Assembly (NCBI GenBank): GCA_030950485.1
Contig: JAUZRK010000013.1
Coordinates: 9,893 to 73,892 of the forward strand
Direction of reading: 5' to 3'
DNA length: 64,000 nt
DNA from: Candidatus Dojkabacteria bacterium
GTDB taxonomy: Bacteria > Patescibacteriota > Dojkabacteria > J137
In this document: positions 30,611 to 39,955 of the stretch, one piece after another
Layout: each line of letters opens with the position of its first letter
How positions within the stretch are numbered: position 1 is the stretch's first letter
Translations under genes and position numbers: made by a program
The notes under the pieces: model-generated
Told to the model about the DNA's origin: nothing
The model's input: only the letters and a program-made list of their open reading frames with translations
The model's database searches: none

Positions 30611-31660
30611 ATGAATTTTTTTAAAGAAATAGATATAAATGGGTTTTCATTAGACCTAGACTACATAGTAATTCCTGCAATAATAATAGTTTCAATATGG
30701 TTTGTATTTTTTATTCTAAAGAATATCGTAGGTCGAAAATTATTCGGCAATAACAACAGATTTTTAAAGTTTGTTGGAACACAGATTGTAGAATTAAATT
30801 TTCTAACGCCCTTAATTACAGGTCTTTATATTTCTACATTAGTTTTTAGTGAAAATAGAAATTTTGTAACTAGATCAGCAAATAGCCTATTTATAATCAT
30901 TTGGATATGGGAATTATTCGATATTGTAATTGCTTCAATTAATTACTTTATTTCTGACGCATCAAGAAAATCTAAAGACCCAACAGATATAATGATGTAT
31001 AGATTTATAGGTAGATTAGTTAAATCATTGTTAATACTTCTAGCATTTCTTTTTATATTATCAAACCTTGGATACAATGTGAGCTCACTTGTAGCCGGTT
31101 TAGGAATTACCGGAATTGCTGTAGCCCTAGCAGTTCAAACTGTTTTAAGTGATTTTATAAGCTCAGCATCAATTATCTTTGATAAGCCTTTTAGGATAGG
31201 AGATATAATTAACTTTGGAGAGTTTACAGGTCAAGTAAAATCAATTGGAATTAAAAGTACTAGGATTCAATCAATAGAAGGAGAGGAGATAATTGTTCCA
31301 AATTCAGAGTTATCAAAAACCTTTGTTAAAAATTATGGAAAAGCTGATAAAAAAAGAGTAAAACACATTATTGGAGTAGAGTATTCAACTGAAAGTACAA
31401 TATTAAAAGAGATTCCTGGCATAATGAATGTTTTATTAGAGAAAAATACAAGAATTGAAAATGCTACATATAGATCTAATCTTATTGAATTTGGTGACTC
31501 TAGTATAAATTTTGAGGTAGTTTTTTACGCTATGACAAATTCGTATGATGAGATGCTTAATATTCAGGAAGAATTTCTTTTTGAGTTAAAAACCCAATTT
31601 GATAAAAAAGGAATAAACTTTGCATTCCCAACTAGCGAGGTAATAGTTACTAATAAGTAA
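30611..31660 (+). CDS. mscS: Small-conductance mechanosensitive channel
   Basis: AGLGITGIAVALAVQ, DKPFRIGD, IVPNS and FAFPT motifs. Confidence 0.93.
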   Translation: MNFFKEIDINGFSLDLDYIVIPAIIIVSIWFVFFILKNIVGRKLFGNNNRFLKFVGTQIVELNFLTPLITGLYISTLVFSENRNFVTRSANSLFIIIWIWELFDIVIASINYFISDASRKSKDPTDIMMYRFIGRLVKSLLILLAFLFILSNLGYNVSSLVAGLGITGIAVALAVQTVLSDFISSASIIFDKPFRIGDIINFGEFTGQVKSIGIKSTRIQSIEGEEIIVPNSELSKTFVKNYGKADKKRVKHIIGVEYSTESTILKEIPGIMNVLLEKNTRIENATYRSNLIEFGDSSINFEVVFYAMTNSYDEMLNIQEEFLFELKTQFDKKGINFAFPTSEVIVTNK

Positions 31661-32500
31661 CTAAATTATAGGTGCAAATTCATGTATAACTTCATTCTTA
31701 TCAAACAAGATAAGTTTTATTTTATCCTCATTTGCTAACTTTATAAAATCACTATAAAGATTTTTTTTATGAAGTTTCAGAGCAGAGTAGTAAAGCTCTA
31801 TGATATTGTTACCTCTTAAAATTAAATGTTCCAAATCAATAATATAATCTTTACTTGCAAATTTCATAGGTATTTCTTTCTTATCATTATATTGAGGAAC
31901 TATCCTTAGAAGTACTTGATTACTAGCTGAACTTTTAAAGTTCTTAGTTTTCGTTAATTTAAAATTTACCGCATAAGGTTTTGTACCAATTGCTATAACT
32001 ATATCATCACTTGAAATCTTAAACTCTTGAATATTATTACTAATTAATAGTTTTCTAATTAATTCAATAATAAAAGCATTCTTTAAAACTGATGTATCTA
32101 ATCTAATATCCGATTTTTTTACAACAAGGTTAGCTTTTATATTTATAAGCTGATTCATATCTTTACCAATTCTATTGAAGAGCACTGTTCGTATTTGGCT
32201 ATTGTATGCTTGAAAGTTTAAATTTAATTTTAGAAATGAAATAAATTCAGCGTTTAGCCTTATTACACTCTCAGTAGGAGCTCTATTAAACCTATAAGCA
32301 GGACTATCAATAATAGTATGGTTTAGCTCTTCAGAAAGAGAGTCTATGATCACTTCTATTTTATAGATCAAGTGCTCACTTAGCTGTGTATTAGTAGCTA
32401 TTAGTAATGGCTTACTTGTAAAATCAAAATCATAAATATGCATAAATGATTCTACATTAAATTCTATTCTATATAAAAACTTTACAAACATCTCTAACAC
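31661..32500 (-). CDS. Degenerate ApbE-like protein
   Basis: SPAYRFN, LDTSVLKNAFIIE and FKISSDDIVIAIG align by eye with the ApbE blocks SELSNLN, DLGAVGKGFAID and LIDAGGDIRVKG. Start may be 32443. Confidence 0.55.
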   Translation of the reverse strand: MLEMFVKFLYRIEFNVESFMHIYDFDFTSKPLLIATNTQLSEHLIYKIEVIIDSLSEELNHTIIDSPAYRFNRAPTESVIRLNAEFISFLKLNLNFQAYNSQIRTVLFNRIGKDMNQLINIKANLVVKKSDIRLDTSVLKNAFIIELIRKLLISNNIQEFKISSDDIVIAIGTKPYAVNFKLTKTKNFKSSASNQVLLRIVPQYNDKKEIPMKFASKDYIIDLEHLILRGNNIIELYYSALKLHKKNLYSDFIKLANEDKIKLILFDKNEVIHEFAPII

Positions 32501-32515
32501 AATTAGACTATAAAT

Positions 32516-33088
32516 ATGGCTGAGAAAAATTACATTTTTAATCTATTAAAACCGATCGAACAACCTCTAACCTCTTGGGATAGAGTATACGAATGGCTTA
32601 TAGGTAGAGCAAAAATCATTATTATGGTTACTCAAGCAGTTATAGCAATTACATTTTTTGCAAAAGTAGCCTTAGATACTATTGCCAAAAGTAAAGATGA
32701 TCAGATTGAAGAATTAAATAATCAAATTATACTTTACACTACAGAAAGAGAGCCAAGATATAGACTAATTCAGAATAAAGAAGTCAATTATAGAAATATG
32801 TGGAGTAGCTCTAGAAAAGTAGCTCCTGTTTTGAGAGAACTTTACTCATATATACCTAATATAGGTACTGATGTAGTCATCTCTATAATTGGAAATATAG
32901 TTTCTATTAGTACTGATGATTCAAGAGCAAATCTAGATAGTTTAGAGACAGCTATAAAGTCCTCAGCGACATTTAGCAGTGCGGGAGCAAGTGTTTCTAT
33001 AGAAGGTGAAGATATTATAAATGGAACCGGTAAAGGAGCATTTAATGCGATTATAGATGAGGCAGTATTACTTAGAGGTAAATTTTAA
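32516..33088 (+). CDS. PilN-like type IV pilus alignment protein
   Basis: IFNLL leader, TM, coiled coil and a ferredoxin-like C-terminus. Confidence 0.55.
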   Translation: MAEKNYIFNLLKPIEQPLTSWDRVYEWLIGRAKIIIMVTQAVIAITFFAKVALDTIAKSKDDQIEELNNQIILYTTEREPRYRLIQNKEVNYRNMWSSSRKVAPVLRELYSYIPNIGTDVVISIIGNIVSISTDDSRANLDSLETAIKSSATFSSAGASVSIEGEDIINGTGKGAFNAIIDEAVLLRGKF

Positions 33089-33090
33089 TA

Positions 33091-33738
33091 ATGGCAACTA
33101 TATTTGAATCAAGTATTACAAAAAGATTAGATCAGTACTTAGCTAATAGTCAGAAGAAAAGCTATTTTGTAGCTGCTGTAACGTTAGTTTTTACTCTAGT
33201 GATATTTCTATTTGGAATTAGGCCTGCCATTACAGCCTCAATAAGGCAGTACAATGATAATAAAGAGAGGACAGATGTAATTGTACAACTTGAGAGTAAA
33301 CTAGATAGTTTAAAGTCCTTAACTGAGCAGGAAAGTTTAAATGCGGATGTAATTGATTATTTTAGATTTCTATTGCCTTCTAAAGACAGAGGAGATTACA
33401 TATTTGATGAGTTAACTACGTATTTAAATAGTAATAATATAGAAATTTCATCAATACAATGGGTACGAAATGATGATCAATTCGAACAATTATCTGGATT
33501 TTTACTTGACCCACCTGTTGTCTCGAGATTAGTAAATATTCAAGGAAGTACAGAAATAGGCGATCTAGTTAGTTTTTTAAATATAATAGAAGAGTCTAGA
33601 AGAATTTATAATGTTAGAAGCCTTCAGATCTTTCCAGTTAATTCAGAAACATTAGATTTATTCTCAGATTTAAAACCGTTTACATTTAATTTAGAAGTTC
33701 AATATTTTTATTGGAACGATGAAATAGTTATTAAATAA
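33091..33738 (+). CDS. PilO-like type IV pilus alignment protein
   Basis: TM with the FGIRP motif, coiled coil, LP and FLNIIEESRRIYNV. Confidence 0.7.
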   Translation: MATIFESSITKRLDQYLANSQKKSYFVAAVTLVFTLVIFLFGIRPAITASIRQYNDNKERTDVIVQLESKLDSLKSLTEQESLNADVIDYFRFLLPSKDRGDYIFDELTTYLNSNNIEISSIQWVRNDDQFEQLSGFLLDPPVVSRLVNIQGSTEIGDLVSFLNIIEESRRIYNVRSLQIFPVNSETLDLFSDLKPFTFNLEVQYFYWNDEIVIK

Positions 33739-33744
33739 ACTTTT

Positions 33745-33972
33745 ATGTCAAATTTAGATAGATCTTGGATATTATTAATAGCATTTGGAATATTCTTCTT
33801 CATCTTTACAGTGGGTTGGGATATATACCAATCGGTTAGTGGTAGTAATAGCGAGTTTTCTCTTCCAGTTGTCAAAATTAATGACGATACTCTAGTAACA
33901 GATCAACTTATTGAGCACTTTCAAAATGGTGCTGATTATAGAACTTACGAACCATCCTTAATCGAGGAATAA
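33745..33972 (+). CDS. Small single-TM protein in the pilNO operon
   Basis: 75 aa with an N-terminal TM. Confidence 0.55.
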   Translation: MSNLDRSWILLIAFGIFFFIFTVGWDIYQSVSGSNSEFSLPVVKINDDTLVTDQLIEHFQNGADYRTYEPSLIEE

Positions 33973-33997
33973 AAAGTTATTAAATTGCACATTGAAA

Positions 33998-34969
33998 CTA
34001 AGCTTCAACTACTTCAATATTATGTTTATGCAAAACATCTGCGAGAAAATTTGGAATTGTTATATATGTATATTGAGTAAAGAAAATACATTTTCCTGGG
34101 GAGATTGAGCTTGCAATAGTTGAAGTGCCTATTTCAACTGGAGCATAAATTGAATTAGAATCGGCCTTGTCGATATGATTTCTCCATGCATCTGAAGGAA
34201 TACTTAGTGCAGAAGAATAGCCAGATCTTAGCTCAGATTCTAAGCTCTCTTTTAAAATTGAATACCTAGGATGCTTATCATGAATATTAATTTCTGTAAG
34301 AATCGTTTTTGCTTCTTGCTCAAAATTACTCGCTCCTCTTTGATCTAAAATTTGTATTCTAACTGTAGAAAGGGCTTTTGATCTTAATAATCTATAATTA
34401 TTTCTAGCTTCTTTGATTATATGTGTCTCTTTTTCATCAAGAGTTCTGATGCAATCTATAATTGAGGCATCTTCTCCAGCTAAAAACTTAATATACCCTC
34501 CTAAAAGAAAAGTACCTCTATCTAATTCCCTTGATGGAAGGCTATTTATAATTTGATTAAAAGGTAATTGTTTTTGATTATCAATATGCCATATTAAACT
34601 TGGATTTATATCAAGTAAAAAATGGATAATTTCAACTTGTTTTTGAGTCATTGATTCAGGGAGTTCTATCTTTTTAGGGATAAATGTACTATAAGTTCCT
34701 CTACTTACTTTTTTTTCTACTGTATTATTTCTATTAAGTAAATTCAAAAGTTGTCCTAGGCAACCTGGTGTTAAAGTCTCTGTTTGCCTAACCTTGTATA
34801 CTAAAGAAAAGGTTAGCCCATTCCATTCTATTGAGGGTAAAGCCGAAATTACTCCTTTAACCCCAGACAACTCTTCAGCTGAAGTAATTACTTTCGCTTC
34901 AACATCATTTTCTGGAGAGGTTTCTGTTGTATTGTGAAATGGACAATCAGGCATAACCAGACAATGCAA
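33998..34969 (-). CDS. Hypothetical protein
   Basis: Roughly 320-aa ORF beginning (M)PDCPFH. Confidence 0.55.
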   Translation of the reverse strand: MHCLVMPDCPFHNTTETSPENDVEAKVITSAEELSGVKGVISALPSIEWNGLTFSLVYKVRQTETLTPGCLGQLLNLLNRNNTVEKKVSRGTYSTFIPKKIELPESMTQKQVEIIHFLLDINPSLIWHIDNQKQLPFNQIINSLPSRELDRGTFLLGGYIKFLAGEDASIIDCIRTLDEKETHIIKEARNNYRLLRSKALSTVRIQILDQRGASNFEQEAKTILTEINIHDKHPRYSILKESLESELRSGYSSALSIPSDAWRNHIDKADSNSIYAPVEIGTSTIASSISPGKCIFFTQYTYITIPNFLADVLHKHNIEVVEA

Positions 34970-35037
34970 TAATAAAAAGCATTATAGCATTGTTATATAG
35001 TCTGGAGTAGCGGTTTATATAACCTTATTGTAAATTG

Positions 35038-37317
35038 TTACGCTCCTGCTCTTAGTTGAGCAATGAATTGGTCAGCATCGCTAATTAGTACTTCTCTAGG
35101 TCTTGGGCCGTTTGCTGGACCTACCACACCTGCCTCTTCAAGCTCTTCTAGTAGTCTAGCAGCTCTGTTAAAACCTATGTTTAATCTTCTTTGTAGATAT
35201 GATGAAGAACCTTTTCCAGATTGAATAACAATTCTAATTGCTTGTTCAACTAGACTATCATCAGAAATATCACCTAATGCTTCTGCCGTTGCTTCTTCAG
35301 AACTCATAGCCTTCTCTAGAATTTCTGAGATATACTCAACTTCTGGAGCTTGGTTTCTAATAAAGTCAGTTACTCTTATTACTTCTTTTTGATCAACGAA
35401 TGCTCCTTGAAGTCTAGACGCTTTAGTTTTATCTGGCGCTTTGTATAGTAAATCTCCTGATCCCATTAAACTCTCAGCTCCTATTCTGTCTAAGATTACT
35501 CTTGAGTCTGTACTACTTGTTACACTCATACCAATTCTACCTGGAATGTTTGCTTTAATGATTCCTGTAATTACATTTACAGAAGGTCTCTGCGTAGCAA
35601 GAATTAAGTGAATTCCTACAGCTCTAGCTTTCTGCGCTAATCTTACAATTGCAGTCTCTGACTCAACCTTATTAGCTGTCATCATCATGTCTGCCATCTC
35701 ATCAATTACTATTACTATATATGGCATAGCTGCAAACCCTTTTTTATCATTGTAACCTTCAATATTTCTAACCTGATCTTTTGCAAGAGTTGTATATCGT
35801 CTTTCCATTTCACCTACTGCCCACTTTAGTGCATTTACTACTTTATCCATGTCTGTAATTACTGGGGTAAGTAAGTGAGGGATTCCATTGTAATCCATTA
35901 ATTCTACTTGTTTTGGATCTACCAAGATTAATTTAAGTTCATCTGGTGATTTCCTCATAATTAATGAGGTTATAAAACTATTTGTTAAAACAGATTTTCC
36001 AGAACCTGTAGCTCCTGCAATAAGTAAGTGGGGCATTTTTTCAATTCTACCTATTTGCGCTTCTCCGTTAATATCTTTACCAATAGTTACTTTAAGATCA
36101 TCTTTGCTTGTTTCCATCTCTGTAGATGTAAACAGTTCTTTAAATCTAACCATATCTCTTTGACTTCTAGGAACTTCTATACCAAGATAGGTAGTTTCTG
36201 GAATTGAATCTATTCTAACTGCTTTTGAATCTACTCCAAGTGCTAGTGCTAAATTGTCAGAAAGATTACTTATCTTTTTTACATTTACCCCTAAAGGAAT
36301 ATTTAAAGCATACTGAATTACTGAAGGACCAATATAAGCATCTTCAACTTTGGCTTCAATATTAAAACTTTGAAGAATCTGTTCAATAATATTAGCATTC
36401 TGTTTAATTGTAGTATCTTTAGGTTTAGTTCTTTTAAATGGAACTAATAAACTAGCTGGTGGTAATTTCCAGTTAGGAAACTTTAATGCATCTTGCTGAA
36501 GACCATCTTCACCAATAGAACCTTCTTTAATATCTACATTTAATTCATCCAAAGACTTCACTTTTTTTACGGGAGCTGGTTTTGAAGCCTCTGCTAACTC
36601 TAATTGTCTATTATGATTACTAGTAGATTTATCTTCTTTATCAAGTTTCTTATCTTCTTTTTTATCTTTTCTACTTATTAATTTATTGAAGTCACCAAAT
36701 CTTGAGGCTTTAGAAATATCTTCTTGTTGCATTGTATCTGAGACTTTCTCTTCACTGTCTTTAGGTATGAATATAACAGACCATGTAAACTTTTTTATCC
36801 ACTGTAAGAATTTTCCAATTTCTTCTACTAATCTATCAGCTGAAATTCCTGTTGCTAATAAACCAAATATAATTGAAAATAATATTAATAAAACCTTCGT
36901 TAAAGGTTCCGTTGGAATAGTATCTCCAAGTAGATCTGTAACAATATAATAACCAATTTTTCCACCCCCAGTTTGTGATCCTTCTAATTTTATAAGTGCT
37001 TGAGGTTCAGCAGTTAAAGAAGTTAATAATCCAGAAACACTTAAAAGAGTTAAGAAACTAAATACAAGATTTCTAGTACTAGTAAATTTCATTTTAAGTC
37101 CTATAAATTTAAGACCTAATATTATTAAGAAAATAGCAGTTAATAGAGTAGCATCATTAAAAAGTTCTTTTGAATTAGACAACAGATTGTTTTCGCTTTC
37201 TGATGTAGTAAAGAAAGCAAGAAACAGGAATCCTCCGATAATAAAGCTTATAAGCCCGAATACCGTAGTAGTTTCCTTACTATCATATGTTACTTTTTTC
37301 TTCTTTTTTCTTCCCAC
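35038..37317 (-). CDS. ftsK: DNA translocase FtsK
   Basis: N-terminal TMs, HLLIAGATGSGKS, IDEMAD, ATQRPS and gamma domain LQRRLNIGFNRA. Confidence 0.97.
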   Translation of the reverse strand: MGRKKKKKVTYDSKETTTVFGLISFIIGGFLFLAFFTTSESENNLLSNSKELFNDATLLTAIFLIILGLKFIGLKMKFTSTRNLVFSFLTLLSVSGLLTSLTAEPQALIKLEGSQTGGGKIGYYIVTDLLGDTIPTEPLTKVLLILFSIIFGLLATGISADRLVEEIGKFLQWIKKFTWSVIFIPKDSEEKVSDTMQQEDISKASRFGDFNKLISRKDKKEDKKLDKEDKSTSNHNRQLELAEASKPAPVKKVKSLDELNVDIKEGSIGEDGLQQDALKFPNWKLPPASLLVPFKRTKPKDTTIKQNANIIEQILQSFNIEAKVEDAYIGPSVIQYALNIPLGVNVKKISNLSDNLALALGVDSKAVRIDSIPETTYLGIEVPRSQRDMVRFKELFTSTEMETSKDDLKVTIGKDINGEAQIGRIEKMPHLLIAGATGSGKSVLTNSFITSLIMRKSPDELKLILVDPKQVELMDYNGIPHLLTPVITDMDKVVNALKWAVGEMERRYTTLAKDQVRNIEGYNDKKGFAAMPYIVIVIDEMADMMMTANKVESETAIVRLAQKARAVGIHLILATQRPSVNVITGIIKANIPGRIGMSVTSSTDSRVILDRIGAESLMGSGDLLYKAPDKTKASRLQGAFVDQKEVIRVTDFIRNQAPEVEYISEILEKAMSSEEATAEALGDISDDSLVEQAIRIVIQSGKGSSSYLQRRLNIGFNRAARLLEELEEAGVVGPANGPRPREVLISDADQFIAQLRAGA

Positions 37318-37479
37318 TAAATGATTTTTATGTAATTTATTTCTGATTCATTTTAAAGTATTACGTACTGCAATGTAAAATGCAAAAGTAAAAAAGCAAA
37401 ATTAAAATGTAAAAATTACAAAGTTAAAAGTATAACTCAAAGAGAAAGGCAGGGGTAACTTGTAGTAATTAATAGTAAC

Positions 37480-37896
37480 TCATAGTGAATTTATCTTCTT
37501 GATAAGTCTGTTTTTAGTTAGCCCTAGAGTAAATGTGAGAATGGATATAAATATGATTATTAAATTATCAATTTTTGTTGAGTAGAGATACTTTGGAATT
37601 ATGCCAAACAGTTCGTATAGAATAATACTGTATTCATCTAGTAGAGTAGCAGCACAAAATGCGAGGAAGTTAGTAGAAAGGGTTTTGTTGAACTTGAATA
37701 AAACTATTGCAACAAAGCCTAGCATTAATCCATAGTGGTAATGATGAAGAGAATCATTTATCATTGTGTTTGTAAATTCAGTATTTGAGAATACCTTCAT
37801 TAAGAATAAAGTAAAGGCTCTAACAATAAGAATATAAAATGAGATTAATATAAGAGTATTTTGATTAAATATTAACTTTATTTTTTGAATTACCAT
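37480..37896 (-). CDS. Membrane protein with an HHYHYG motif
   Basis: About 4 TM; LHHYHYG...LLDE. Confidence 0.6.
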   Translation of the reverse strand: MVIQKIKLIFNQNTLILISFYILIVRAFTLFLMKVFSNTEFTNTMINDSLHHYHYGLMLGFVAIVLFKFNKTLSTNFLAFCAATLLDEYSIILYELFGIIPKYLYSTKIDNLIIIFISILTFTLGLTKNRLIKKINSL

Positions 37897-37932
37897 TTTA
37901 CGTTATACTTGTAACTAGTAAATTATAAGACT

Positions 37933-39261
37933 ATGAAACAACTTTCTAGTGACACAAAGTTTGCACATTTAGGGAAACCTGGTACTGCATTTACATCTGG
38001 ATTTCAACGAAGACTAGATCAGATCTTGAAACTAGTTAATCTTGATAATAAAAGTATTCTTGATCAAGGATGTGGAGAAGGAGTATGGTTAGAAAAGTTC
38101 AGTGAATATACAGATTGGGATAAGATTTATGGTTTTGATATTGATCCTGAAAGTGTTGAGTTATTAAAAAAACAGAATCCTAATTTAAAGTCTGAGAACA
38201 TAAAAGTGTGTCCTGGAGAAGAATTAGAATTTGATGATGAGACATTTGATATAGTTTTATCAAATGAAGTATTAGAACATGTAGTAGATGATAAAAAAGT
38301 TGTAGCTGAAACACTAAGAGTTCTAAAACCTGGAGGGAAGTTTATTATTTTTACTCCAAATAGAGGATGGCCTTTTGAAACTCACGGAGCATTCTTTAGG
38401 GGTAAATATTATTGGGGAAACATTCCTTTTTTACCTTGGATGCCAAAGGTTGTTAGAAAGAAATTTAGTCTTCATGTAAGAAATTATGGACATTTTGAAA
38501 TAAAGAAAGTGGTAACAGCAAATGCGCAAGAGGAAAGTGAAACAGAAAAAGTATTAATAATTCCTGGTTTTAATGGTCAGATCAAAGATAATTGGAAGGA
38601 ATGGGCTTTTAATGAGTTAAGGGGAGTAGATGTTGAGTTATTAGATCTTCCGGAATCAAATACAAACCTAAGTAATTCATTAAATTATATTGAAAGCAAA
38701 TATAGCGATGTATTAAATAGTAAAGGTAGAGTAAGCATAATTTCGCATTCTGCAGGAGCAGGTATTGCCCTTAAATTATCAGAAAAGTATGATTTAAATA
38801 AATTGATTTTAGTAGCTCCAGTTGTTAATGCTACTAAAGATAATTCATTAGAATTACAAAATTATTATTCTCAACTTGGTTCTTACGATCTTTTTAAACT
38901 TAAAGAAAATATAAATAAGGTTACTGTATTATTTGATGCAGAGGATAGTGTGTCTGGCAAAGACAGAACTAGTTACATGATAGAACTATTAAAAGGAGCC
39001 AAATTCATAGAATTAAAAGGAAAAGGACACTTTACTCATCATGAAAATGTATCAACTTTACCTGAACTTTTGACTATGTTTAAACCTGTCAGCAAGTTCA
39101 AAATAATACATCATTCTCACGTATTTCCTGGGTTCGACAAGCTTGCGAGAAAGTACGGATTGTTTGGAAAAATGATTCAGAAATTTTTTCATCTTATAGA
39201 AAAAACTCCATTAAATTTCTTTGGAATCAGTCATTTTATAGTTGCTGAAAAGGTATATTAG
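37933..39261 (+). CDS. Class I SAM methyltransferase with a nested RBBP9/YdeN-like alpha/beta hydrolase
   Basis: LDQGCGEG, NEVLEHV and LKPGG..TPN, then IPGFNG, SHSAG, EDS and GHF, then a methyltransferase-type C-terminal strand. Confidence 0.8.
   Translation: MKQLSSDTKFAHLGKPGTAFTSGFQRRLDQILKLVNLDNKSILDQGCGEGVWLEKFSEYTDWDKIYGFDIDPESVELLKKQNPNLKSENIKVCPGEELEFDDETFDIVLSNEVLEHVVDDKKVVAETLRVLKPGGKFIIFTPNRGWPFETHGAFFRGKYYWGNIPFLPWMPKVVRKKFSLHVRNYGHFEIKKVVTANAQEESETEKVLIIPGFNGQIKDNWKEWAFNELRGVDVELLDLPESNTNLSNSLNYIESKYSDVLNSKGRVSIISHSAGAGIALKLSEKYDLNKLILVAPVVNATKDNSLELQNYYSQLGSYDLFKLKENINKVTVLFDAEDSVSGKDRTSYMIELLKGAKFIELKGKGHFTHHENVSTLPELLTMFKPVSKFKIIHHSHVFPGFDKLARKYGLFGKMIQKFFHLIEKTPLNFFGISHFIVAEKVY
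39185..39255 (+). repeat. Direct repeat, copy 1 (3' end of the methyltransferase gene)
   Basis: 63/71 identical to 41915-41985. Confidence 0.9.
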
Positions 39262-39360
39262 TAATACGTAAAACTAATAGCATATAGAATAGGGTTATCT
39301 TGTGAGTAATCTTTTTTAAACAAAGGTTGATATAGAAATTCTACAATGTAATAATCAAGT

Positions 39361-39936
39361 ATGAACCGTGAAGAAGAAATGGTGATTGTCTTAAATGCTC
39401 AGACTAACATTCATGCATTTGATAAGCTCTATCAATACTATGTGACTAGAATTTACTCATACATTTTCTACAGGACTTCAAATAAGGAGGTGGCAGAGGA
39501 TATAACATCTGCGGTCTTTCTTCAGGCTTGTCAAAAAATTCAAATGTTTGATATTAGTAAAGGATTTAGATTCAGTGCTTGGCTATATCAGGTCGCACAC
39601 AACAAAATGATAGATTATTTTCGGAGAAATAAAAAATTTAAAGTAAATGTTACAAATTTCGATGAAGAAAAGTTGGGGAGCGAGAAAAATACAGGTGAGC
39701 AGGAAGTTGAATTATCATATAAACAGAAGCAAATAGCTGATGTGCTTTTAGGTATAAATGAGAGATATCAACATATAATAAGTTTGAAATTCTTTTGAGA
39801 GCTAGATATTCCCGAGATAGGAGAAGTTTTAGAGGAGACGAATGCAAATATATCTGTACTTTTACATAGATCACTAAAGGCTTTTAGGAAAGAATTCATA
39901 AAGAAATATCCTAAAAGTGAAATATTTGGAATTTAA
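39361..39936 (+). pseudogene. ECF sigma factor with an in-frame TGA before region 4.2
   Basis: AEDITSAVF and FSAWLYQVAHN motifs. TGA at 39796-39798, then the same frame continues ELDIPEIGEVL...SVLLHRSLK...GI*. Confidence 0.85.
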
Positions 39937-39955
39937 TTACGTAAAATTAATTACT

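Noticed and set aside
35038-37317. FtsK as a conjugative or type VII coupling ATPase
   Set aside because: It has the TM + motor + gamma architecture of chromosomal FtsK, with no mobile-element context.
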